Shown: one piece after another, positions 33,789-40,760 of the stretch
Layout of the letters: every line of letters starts with the position of its first letter
How positions within the stretch are numbered: the first letter of the stretch is position 1
Assembly (NCBI GenBank): GCA_918290775.1
Contig: CAKJZF010000068.1
Coordinates: forward strand, 1 to 40,760
Direction of reading: 5' to 3'
DNA: 40,760 nucleotides
Source of the DNA: Clostridiales bacterium
GTDB taxonomy: Bacteria; Bacillota; Clostridia; Oscillospirales; CAG-272
Position numbers and translations under genes: made by a program
The notes under the pieces: generated by a model
Databases searched by the model: none
The model's input: the letters and a program-made list of their open reading frames with translations, nothing else
What the model was told of the DNA's origin: nothing

Positions 33789-35696
33789 TTAACCTTTGCT
33801 GATCGCTTTGAACTTACAACTGCTCATACAAGCGCCGCACTTGACGCAGTTCGCCTGCTCGATCTTCATCGAGGCGAGCTTATGACCGGGCGCCGTATAG
33901 TCGGTTCTCACGATCGTGGAAGCGGGACAATTCTTGGCGCACATTCCGCAACCGATGCACTTCTCGGGATCAATCTCATAGCGGATGAGCTTCTTGCAAA
34001 CGCCCGCGGGGCACTTCTTATCCACGATGTGGGCAATGTACTCGTCTCTGAAATAGCGCATGGTGGAAAGAACGGGGTTCGGCGCCGTTTGTCCGAGACC
34101 GCAGAGCGACGCGGACTTGATGTAATTGGAAAGCTCTTCAAGACGATCCAAATCCTCCATCTCGCCGTTGCCCGAAATGATCTTATCGAGAATCTCAAGC
34201 AGGCGCTTGGTTCCAACGCGGCAGGGTGTGCATTTTCCGCAGGACTCGTCGACGGTGAAGTCGAGGAAGAAGCGGGCGATGTCAACCATGCAGTTGTCCT
34301 CGTCCATGACGATCAATCCGCCCGATCCCATCATCGAACCGATGGCAAGCAGGTTATCATAGTCGATCGGCGTGTCGATGAGCGACGCGGGAATGCATCC
34401 GCCGGAAGGTCCGCCGGTTTGCGCCGCCTTGAATTTCTTTCCGTTGGGAATGCCTCCGCCGATCTCTTCGATGATGTGGCGCAGGGTGGTTCCCATCGGA
34501 ACCTCGACCAAACCCGTATTCTTGATCTTGCCGCCGAGCGCAAACACCTTGGTTCCCTTCGATTTCTCGGTGCCGACGGACGAGAACCACTCGGCGCCGT
34601 TGAGAATGATCTGCGGGATGTTGGCGTAGGTTTCAACGTTATTCAGAATGGTGGGCTTTTCAAACAGACCCTTGACTGCCGGGAACGGCGGACGGGGGCG
34701 CGGCTCGCCGCGCTTGCCCTCGATCGAGGTCATCAGAGCGGTCTCCTCACCGCAGACGAAAGCGCCCGCGCCGAGACGAATGCTCAAATCGAAATTGAAC
34801 CCGGTTCCGAAAATGTTTTTGCCGAGCAGACCGTATTCCTTTGCCTGATCAATGGCGATCTGCAAGCGCTTGACCGCGATCGGGTACTCCGCACGGACGT
34901 ACACATATCCCTGATCCGCTCCGATTGCGTAACCCGCAATTGCCATCGCCTCGATGACCGCATGCGGGTCGCCCTCAAGCACCGAACGGTCCATGAACGC
35001 GCCGGGGTCGCCCTCGTCGGCGTTGCAACAAACATATTTCTGAACGTTTCCGCGATTCCCGGAAGCAAACTTCCATTTCATGCCCGTCGGGAAGCCGGCG
35101 CCGCCGCGCCCGCGCAGGCCGGAAGCCAAGACCGTTTCAATCACCTGATCCGGCGTCATTTCAGTCAGCGCCTTACCGAGCGCTCTGTAGCCGTCCATCG
35201 CGATGTATTCGTCGATATTTTCAGGATCAATCAGTCCGCAGTTGCGGAGCGCCTGACGGCGTTGGGTTTTATAGAAAACCGTATCCTGGAGCGAGGCGTG
35301 TACTTTCCCGTCGTCTTCCGTTTTCGTATTCTGAACGTGGGTAATTGTGTATTCTTCAACAATTTTCCCGCCCTGAATATGTTCTTTCAGGATTCTTTCC
35401 GCCTTTTCGGCAGTCATCCCTACATAAGTGACTTTCTCTTTTCCCGATTGGAATACTTCCATAACCGGTTCATACTGGCAAACGCCAATACACCCCGTTT
35501 GCATCACCGTAACCCGATCGCCGAGCGATTCACGTTTCACGCCCTCAACAATCGCGTTCAATACCGGCGTTGCCCCTGCGGCAATTCCGCAGGTCGCCAT
35601 GCCAACCACAATGCGAATCTCATTCGCGCCATCGGGCAGGATGACATGGTCTCGCTTTTCATCTCTGATTTTTAAAAGTTCCGTCAAAGATTTCAT
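33789..35696 (-). CDS. hydB: NuoF-like flavoprotein subunit of the bifurcating hydrogenase
   Basis: Thioredoxin-like 2Fe-2S N-terminal domain, FMN/NADH site GRGGAGFPTG.KW, a SLBB domain plus [4Fe-4S], and a C-terminal 2x[4Fe-4S] ferredoxin (CIGCGMCAKNCP, CVKCGACMSSC). The start at 35696 lies 8 nt after GAGGAGAA. Confidence 0.92.
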   Translation of the reverse strand: MKSLTELLKIRDEKRDHVILPDGANEIRIVVGMATCGIAAGATPVLNAIVEGVKRESLGDRVTVMQTGCIGVCQYEPVMEVFQSGKEKVTYVGMTAEKAERILKEHIQGGKIVEEYTITHVQNTKTEDDGKVHASLQDTVFYKTQRRQALRNCGLIDPENIDEYIAMDGYRALGKALTEMTPDQVIETVLASGLRGRGGAGFPTGMKWKFASGNRGNVQKYVCCNADEGDPGAFMDRSVLEGDPHAVIEAMAIAGYAIGADQGYVYVRAEYPIAVKRLQIAIDQAKEYGLLGKNIFGTGFNFDLSIRLGAGAFVCGEETALMTSIEGKRGEPRPRPPFPAVKGLFEKPTILNNVETYANIPQIILNGAEWFSSVGTEKSKGTKVFALGGKIKNTGLVEVPMGTTLRHIIEEIGGGIPNGKKFKAAQTGGPSGGCIPASLIDTPIDYDNLLAIGSMMGSGGLIVMDEDNCMVDIARFFLDFTVDESCGKCTPCRVGTKRLLEILDKIISGNGEMEDLDRLEELSNYIKSASLCGLGQTAPNPVLSTMRYFRDEYIAHIVDKKCPAGVCKKLIRYEIDPEKCIGCGMCAKNCPASTIVRTDYTAPGHKLASMKIEQANCVKCGACMSSCKFKAISKG

Positions 35697-35770
35697 GTCA
35701 GACTTTCTCCTCATTTATCTAATTTCTGATCGCTGTCTTTTGGTTTCGTTGAAACACTGCCTGTTCGCTT

Positions 35771-36265
35771 TTACTGGTATTTTTCCAGAATCGTTTTTAC
35801 GTCTGTCTTTTTCAACGAGCCGTAAACTTCCCCGTTGATTGTCATAACGGGAGCGAGACCGCACGCGCCGAGGCATCTGGTTGCTTCAACAGAATATTTC
35901 CCGTCCGCAGATGTACTTCCGATCGGAACATTCAGCTGTTTCGAAATCTCATCCAGAACATCGCCGGAGCCTTTGACATAGCACGCCGTTCCGAGGCATA
36001 CCGAAATGGCATATTTACCGTCCGGATTGAGCTTGAACATGGAATAGAAAGACGCGATACCAAAGATCTCCTCCAGCGAGACGCCCGTCTTTTCGGCGAT
36101 GATCTTCTGCACCTCGATCGGCAGATACCCGTAAATATCCTGCGCCTGTTGCAGAATCGGCATCATTGCCCCCTTCTGATCCTTGAGTTTCTCGATGACC
36201 GCAAGCAGCTTTTCTTTCTGCTCGGGCGTACCTTGAAACGCAACCGTTGTGAGTTTCTTTTTCAT
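35771..36265 (-). CDS. hydC: NuoE-like 2Fe-2S subunit of the hydrogenase
   Basis: MPILQ.AQ...GYLP and C.GTAC....CLGACGLAP motifs. The start at 36265 follows AGGAGGG. Confidence 0.9.
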   Translation of the reverse strand: MKKKLTTVAFQGTPEQKEKLLAVIEKLKDQKGAMMPILQQAQDIYGYLPIEVQKIIAEKTGVSLEEIFGIASFYSMFKLNPDGKYAISVCLGTACYVKGSGDVLDEISKQLNVPIGSTSADGKYSVEATRCLGACGLAPVMTINGEVYGSLKKTDVKTILEKYQ

Positions 36266-36335
36266 AAGTAAATCCACCCTCCTGATCGGATCTGTTATCC
36301 GACCGATTTTGCTAGATACCAAAAAGTATCAGCTT

Positions 36336-36364
36336 ATTATAGCACATTGTCAAAAAAAAATCAA
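36336..36364 (-). promoter_or_regulatory. hydCBA promoter
   Basis: Minus strand TTGATT (36364-36359), 17 bp, TGCTATAAT (-10 at 36341-36336). Confidence 0.55.
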
Positions 36365-36371
36365 TAGGTAA

Positions 36372-36414
36372 CCAAAAGAAAATCGGAGAAAAAATGACTT
36401 TTTTCTCCGATTTT
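36372..36414 (-). terminator. intrinsic terminator after the ABC ATPase gene
   Basis: Stem aatcggagaaaaaa / ttttttctccgatt (36381-36412), followed on the minus strand by TTCTTTTGG. Confidence 0.8.
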
Positions 36415-36427
36415 TTCTTTTTTACAG

Positions 36428-37543
36428 TTAATGGATGATGCAACGCTCCGTATCTTTATCGAAAATGTGCATTTTCTCCATATTGAACGCGATCCTGACG
36501 GTATCTCCCGCTCTCGTTGTGGAATCCGAGGGAACGCGCGCCGTGAGTTTTCCTTCTTCACCGACATTGAGGTAGAGATAAATTTCCGCGCCCATCAATT
36601 CGGTTACATCCACGTAGGTTTCCAACGTGGAATCCGCGAATCTCTTCAAATCAGCCTCGGAATCGAAGATACACTCGGGGCGCAGACCGCCGATGACTTC
36701 CTTTCCGATATATTCCTGAAGCGCAGGATCGTTCGCTTTCTTCGCCGGCAACTTGAGCGCATTGCCTTCATAAATGAAATACACGCCGTCGTTTCTCTTC
36801 TCAAGCGTACCGTTGAGGAAGTTCATCTGCGGGGTGCCGATGAAGCCCGCAACAAAAATGTTCACCGGCTGATCATAAAGCTTCTGCGGAGCGTCGACCT
36901 GCTGAATCAGACCATCTTTCATGACGACGATTCTCGTTGCCATGGTCATAGCCTCAACCTGGTCGTGGGTCACGTAGATAAAGGTGGTCTGCACGCGATT
37001 ATGGAGCTTGGTCAGCTCGGTTCTCATTGCCGCGCGGAGCTTTGCATCGAGGTTGGAAAGAGGCTCGTCGAGAAGGAACACCTGCGGATCACGCACGATG
37101 GCGCGTCCCAACGCAACGCGCTGCTTCTGACCGCCCGAAAGAGCCTTCGGCTTACGGTCGAGCAGGTGCGTAATATCCAAACTGCGGGCAGCCGCTTCCA
37201 CTCTCTTTTTGATCTCTTCCTTCGGAACCTTGCTCAATTTCAGTCCAAACGCCATGTTCTCAAACACGGACATATGCGGATAGAGCGCGTAGTTCTGGAA
37301 CACCATTGCGATCTTGCGATCCTTCGGCGCAACATCGTTGACCAAACGGTCACCGATGAAAAGCTCTCCTTCGCTGATTTCCTCCAAGCCCGCGATCATG
37401 CGGAGCGTTGTGGATTTGCCGCAACCCGAAGGTCCGACCAACACGAGAAATTCCTTATCCTTGATCTCAAGATTGAAATCCGAGACGGCGGTCACTCCGC
37501 CGGGATACTTTTTATAGATATGTCTCAGCGATAAACTTGCCAT
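36428..37543 (-). CDS. sugar ABC transporter ATP-binding protein (MsmX/MsmK/UgpC/MalK type), stand-alone
   Basis: Walker A GPSGCGKST, Q-loop, signature LSGGQKQRVALGRA, Walker B FLLDEPLSNLD and a C-terminal TOBE-like regulatory domain. No permease or binding-protein gene is adjacent. Confidence 0.92.
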   Translation of the reverse strand: MASLSLRHIYKKYPGGVTAVSDFNLEIKDKEFLVLVGPSGCGKSTTLRMIAGLEEISEGELFIGDRLVNDVAPKDRKIAMVFQNYALYPHMSVFENMAFGLKLSKVPKEEIKKRVEAAARSLDITHLLDRKPKALSGGQKQRVALGRAIVRDPQVFLLDEPLSNLDAKLRAAMRTELTKLHNRVQTTFIYVTHDQVEAMTMATRIVVMKDGLIQQVDAPQKLYDQPVNIFVAGFIGTPQMNFLNGTLEKRNDGVYFIYEGNALKLPAKKANDPALQEYIGKEVIGGLRPECIFDSEADLKRFADSTLETYVDVTELMGAEIYLYLNVGEEGKLTARVPSDSTTRAGDTVRIAFNMEKMHIFDKDTERCIIH

Positions 37544-37735
37544 TTGCTTCTGATTCCTCCTATGTCCTTAACCAACCGAAAGGTATAAAATTACACCGTA
37601 TAATATTATACCAAATTCCCGGCGAAAATGGAAGATGTGTTTTCCCCAAAATTTGCGCATCAGAATTGTGCAAATTGTCTAAATTTTATAGGAAAATTAT
37701 GAATAACGCAGATTTCTGGCAATTTGAAGAGCTGT

Positions 37736-39895
37736 TCATGGCTTCTTCCGCATCGTCAGCGAAATGCGTTTCTTTGCAACATCAACGCTCATCACGCGAA
37801 CCTTCACAACGTCCCCGACCTTGACCACCTCGGACGGATGTTTGACAAAGCGATCGGCGAGCTGCGAGATATGCACCAATCCGTCCTGATGCACTCCGAT
37901 GTCCACAAACGCACCGAAGTCGATCACGTTGCGAACCGTTCCCGTCAGCTCCATATCCGGTTTGAGATCCTCAAGGCTCAAAATATCGTCCCGCAGGACG
38001 GGCGGCGGAAGCGTATCGCGGATGTCACGCCCCGGCTTGAGCAATTCGGAAACAATGTCGTTCAGCGTCGGTTCGCCGACACCGAGCGTCTCGCAAAGCT
38101 GCTTCCTGACCCCGGCGGCGGAAAGCTTCTCCCCGAGATCGCGGAGATTCCCCTCCCGAACATCCTCTTTGGTATAGCCGAAATGCGCGAGTAATTGCTC
38201 GGCGGCACGGTAGGATTCGGGATGCACTCCGGTGTTATCGAGAATTTCATCCCCTCCCGGAACGCGCAGGAATCCCGCCGCCTGCTCATAGGCTTTCGCT
38301 CCGATGCGCGGCACCTTGAGCAATTCGGAACGCCCGGAAAACTCCCCGTTTTCCTCGCGGTACTTCACGATGTTCTTCGCCGACGCAAGGTTGATCCCGG
38401 AGATATAGGAAAGGAGCGAATAGGACGCGGTGTTCACATCCACGCCAACCGCGTTGACGCAATCCTCAACAACGCCTCCGAGCGCCTCATCAAGCCGCGC
38501 CTGCTTCATGTCATGCTGATACTGCCCGACGCCGATTCCCTTCGGGTCGATCTTAATCAGTTCCGCGAGCGGATCCTGCAATCTTCGCGCGATCGAAACC
38601 GCGCTTCTCTGCATAACGTCAAAGTCCGGAAATTCCTCCGCCGCGAGCTTGGAAGCCGAATAAATCGACGCGCCCGCCTCACTGACGACAATATATTTCA
38701 CGTCGCGGTCAAGCTCTTTGAGAAGCCCCGCGATGAAGATCTCGCTCTCCTTGGAAGCCGTTCCGTTTCCGATCGCGATCACGTCCACATTGTGGCGCTC
38801 AATCAGTCGTTTGACGGTTGCCTTGCTGCGAACGATGTCCTCGCGCGGCTTGACCGGGTAAATAACCGCCGTATCGACCACCTTACCCGTTCGGTCAACC
38901 ACCGCGAGTTTGCATCCATGGGCATAGCCGGGATCAAAGCCGAGCACGGTCTTGCCCTTCAGAGGAGACTGCATGAGCAGATGCGAAAGATTGTCGGCAA
39001 ACACCTTAATGGCGCCCTCGCAGGCATTGTCGAAAATATCGTTTCGGATCTCGCGCTCGATGGACGGCGCGATCAGCCGCTCATAGCTGTCGGTCAGCGC
39101 GGCGGCAACATGATCGGTTGCCGGACTTCCGTTTCCCTTGAGGATCGCGGCGCGTAATCCGCGCAGAACCACATCCTCGTCCACGGCAATGCTGACCTTG
39201 AGAAAGTCCTCTTTTTCTCCCCGGTTCAATGCGAGAACGCGGTGCGGCGCAACCTTTTTCAGTGCCTCGGAATACGCGTAATACTGTACGTAAACCGAAT
39301 CCTCATCTTTGGCGGCGTGCGCATTCAGCGTGCCGTTTTCAAATGTCAGCGCCCGCAGTTCTTTGCGGTATTCGGCGTTATCTGAAATGTCCTCCGCGAT
39401 GATGTCACGTGCGCCCTGCAGGGCGTCCTCAACCGACAAAACGCCCTTTTCTTCATTGATATATGCCGCCGCCTGCTCCTCAATGGAAGGATCATAGGTC
39501 TTTTCCTGCGCCAGCAACAGCTCCGCAAGAGGCTCCAGCCCTTTTTCTCTTGCGACCGACGCGCGGGTCTTGCGGTGCGGGCGGAACGGGCGGTAGATGT
39601 CCTCCACCTCGGTCACGGTTTTTGCCGCGTCGATAGCGGCTTGAATCTCCGGGGTCATCTTTTCCTGTGCCGTGATCAGATCCGAGACCTCCTGTTTGCG
39701 CTTTTCGAGATTGCGCAAAAAAGTCAGACGGTCATTCAGATCGCGCAGGACGGTGTCGTCGAGGCTTCCCGTCACCTCTTTGCGGTAGCGTGCAATGAAC
39801 GGGATGGTGTTTCCTTCATCGATCAGCGCAACCGTCTTTTCCACCTGGTCGGCTTTGAGATTGAGTTCTTTCGCGAGTGTTTCGATAATGTTCAT
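37736..39895 (-). CDS. tex: Tex-family transcription accessory protein (S1 RNA-binding domain)
   Basis: 719 aa with N-terminal TIPFIARYRKE.TG, a YqgF/RuvC-like core, HhH motifs and a C-terminal S1 domain (G.V..V.DFGAFVDIG...GLVHIS). Confidence 0.94.
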   Translation of the reverse strand: MNIIETLAKELNLKADQVEKTVALIDEGNTIPFIARYRKEVTGSLDDTVLRDLNDRLTFLRNLEKRKQEVSDLITAQEKMTPEIQAAIDAAKTVTEVEDIYRPFRPHRKTRASVAREKGLEPLAELLLAQEKTYDPSIEEQAAAYINEEKGVLSVEDALQGARDIIAEDISDNAEYRKELRALTFENGTLNAHAAKDEDSVYVQYYAYSEALKKVAPHRVLALNRGEKEDFLKVSIAVDEDVVLRGLRAAILKGNGSPATDHVAAALTDSYERLIAPSIEREIRNDIFDNACEGAIKVFADNLSHLLMQSPLKGKTVLGFDPGYAHGCKLAVVDRTGKVVDTAVIYPVKPREDIVRSKATVKRLIERHNVDVIAIGNGTASKESEIFIAGLLKELDRDVKYIVVSEAGASIYSASKLAAEEFPDFDVMQRSAVSIARRLQDPLAELIKIDPKGIGVGQYQHDMKQARLDEALGGVVEDCVNAVGVDVNTASYSLLSYISGINLASAKNIVKYREENGEFSGRSELLKVPRIGAKAYEQAAGFLRVPGGDEILDNTGVHPESYRAAEQLLAHFGYTKEDVREGNLRDLGEKLSAAGVRKQLCETLGVGEPTLNDIVSELLKPGRDIRDTLPPPVLRDDILSLEDLKPDMELTGTVRNVIDFGAFVDIGVHQDGLVHISQLADRFVKHPSEVVKVGDVVKVRVMSVDVAKKRISLTMRKKP

Positions 39896-39923
39896 GAATG
39901 TCGGAATACCTTTCTTTCAGAAT

Positions 39924-40622
39924 TCAATGCGTTTGTAATGCAGTCAGTTCCCCGGAGGTCAGCTCGCGCCATGCGCCGCGCTCCGGCAGTCCTTCCAGCG
40001 TCAGTCCGCCAAAGCCGATGCGTTCCAACGTCAAGATTCGGTTTCCGACCGCGTCGAGCATTCGTTTGATTTGGTGGTATTTACCCTCGGTGATCTCAAT
40101 CGTGCCGCGCTCGGGCGTTTCCGGCGAGATCCGGCAGGGCTTGGTCACATAACCGCCGATGTCGACCCCCGCCTCCAAAGCGGCAATGTCCTCCTCGGAA
40201 AGCGGCTTTTCGGATGTGAAGCGGTAGCGCTTGGCGACATGGCTTTTCGGAGCCAGCAGACGGTGGGAAAGCGCACCGTCGTTGGTCAGAAGCATCAGCC
40301 CCGTGGTGTACTTGTCCAGCCGCCCGCAGGGGAACACGCCCATGCGGCGATACTCTTCCGGAACCAGCTCGGTCACAACGGGATCGGATCCGTCCTCGGT
40401 CGCGCTGACATACCCCTCCGGCTTATTGAGCAGAAGGTACACAAACTTCCGATAACGCACGGGAGCGCCTCGATAAACGACCGCGTCATGATTCTCATCA
40501 ACCTGTGTTTCCGGGCGCTTCACCGCCGCTCCGTTGACGGTAACGGCACCGGCACGGCAGGCTTTGGCAACCTCGCTCCGCGTAGCAACGCCACATTCGG
40601 AAAGCATTTTATCGAGCCGCAA
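39924..40622 (-). CDS. RsuA/RluB-family pseudouridine synthase (S4 domain plus catalytic domain)
   Basis: RLDKMLSE.G..TR S4 start, and a catalytic GRLDKYTTGLMLLTNDG motif. I place the start at TTG 40622, 7 nt after AAGGAG, giving (M)RLDK. The track ORF extends 40 codons further upstream without support. Confidence 0.88.
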   Translation of the reverse strand: MRLDKMLSECGVATRSEVAKACRAGAVTVNGAAVKRPETQVDENHDAVVYRGAPVRYRKFVYLLLNKPEGYVSATEDGSDPVVTELVPEEYRRMGVFPCGRLDKYTTGLMLLTNDGALSHRLLAPKSHVAKRYRFTSEKPLSEEDIAALEAGVDIGGYVTKPCRISPETPERGTIEITEGKYHQIKRMLDAVGNRILTLERIGFGGLTLEGLPERGAWRELTSGELTALQTH

Positions 40623-40670
40623 ACCGATTCTCCTTCCATACACGTTCTCCGCTTTTGCGGGTCTGTATTC

Positions 40671-40699
40671 ATTATACAGGAAAAGCCGGAAAAAGTCAA
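40671..40699 (-). promoter_or_regulatory. promoter of the pseudouridine synthase / tex unit
   Basis: Minus strand TTGACT (40699-40694), 17 bp, TATAAT (40676-40671). Confidence 0.65.
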
Positions 40700-40751
40700 G
40701 CGGAAGCGATCGAAAACCTGCATTTATTTTCCGTGCAAACATCTCGCGGCG

Positions 40752-40760
40752 GGGGGGGGG
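40752..40760. other. terminal poly-G run, probably a sequence-end artefact
   Basis: Nine consecutive G residues form the very last bases of the window. Confidence 0.5.

Noticed and set aside
32040-35675. A 1211-aa plus-strand ORF spanning hydA and hydB
   Set aside because: It is exactly antisense to two strongly conserved genes and has Arg/Ala/Gly-rich low-complexity composition typical of shadow frames in GC-rich coding DNA. It has no RBS and no recognisable motif.

Overview
This window looks like core chromosome of a spore-forming, strictly anaerobic Firmicute (Clostridia-type; taxonomy is inferred from gene content only). Coding regions are GC-rich and intergenic regions are short and AT-rich. 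I support about 36 protein genes (most on the minus strand), two tRNAs (Val-CAC, Arg-CCT) and the SRP RNA. Gene content is mostly housekeeping: asnS, asnA and tadA; a citrate-to-2-oxoglutarate operon (Re-citrate-synthase-like gene, GntR regulator, aconitase, isocitrate dehydrogenase); wecB, an SDR and a PPi-type phosphofructokinase; sigK; and the conserved SRP-RNA/dnaX/ybaB/recR block. It also holds rplM-rpsI, a large cytoplasmic glycoside hydrolase, a LysM/CAP protein, an alpha/beta SASP, two CPBP intramembrane proteases, an orphan PTS EIIC-like permease and a nucleoside phosphorylase. The remainder is a DivIVA / XRE-TPR / mini-protein operon, a HydABC-type [FeFe] hydrogenase, a stand-alone sugar-ABC ATPase, tex and an RsuA-type pseudouridine synthase. 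I see no defence island, CRISPR array, integrase, transposase or prophage, so I cannot honestly claim a new multi-gene system here. The observations most worth a second look are: (1) a single in-frame TGA splitting the first enzyme of the citrate operon; (2) a ~120-nt duplication of the tRNA-Arg 3' end plus its terminator and flank; (3) a translationally coupled XRE-TPR regulator and acidic 4-Cys mini-protein; (4) a non-canonical TSCSPGW H-cluster motif in HydA; (5) a perfect 20-nt tandem direct repeat just upstream of the glycoside hydrolase promoter; (6) two promoter/terminator-bounded or highly structured non-coding stretches. Sixteen promoters with an exact 17-bp spacer allow a fairly complete transcription-unit map. 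All coordinates include stop codons. Starts were re-chosen from RBS spacing where the ORF track over-extends.
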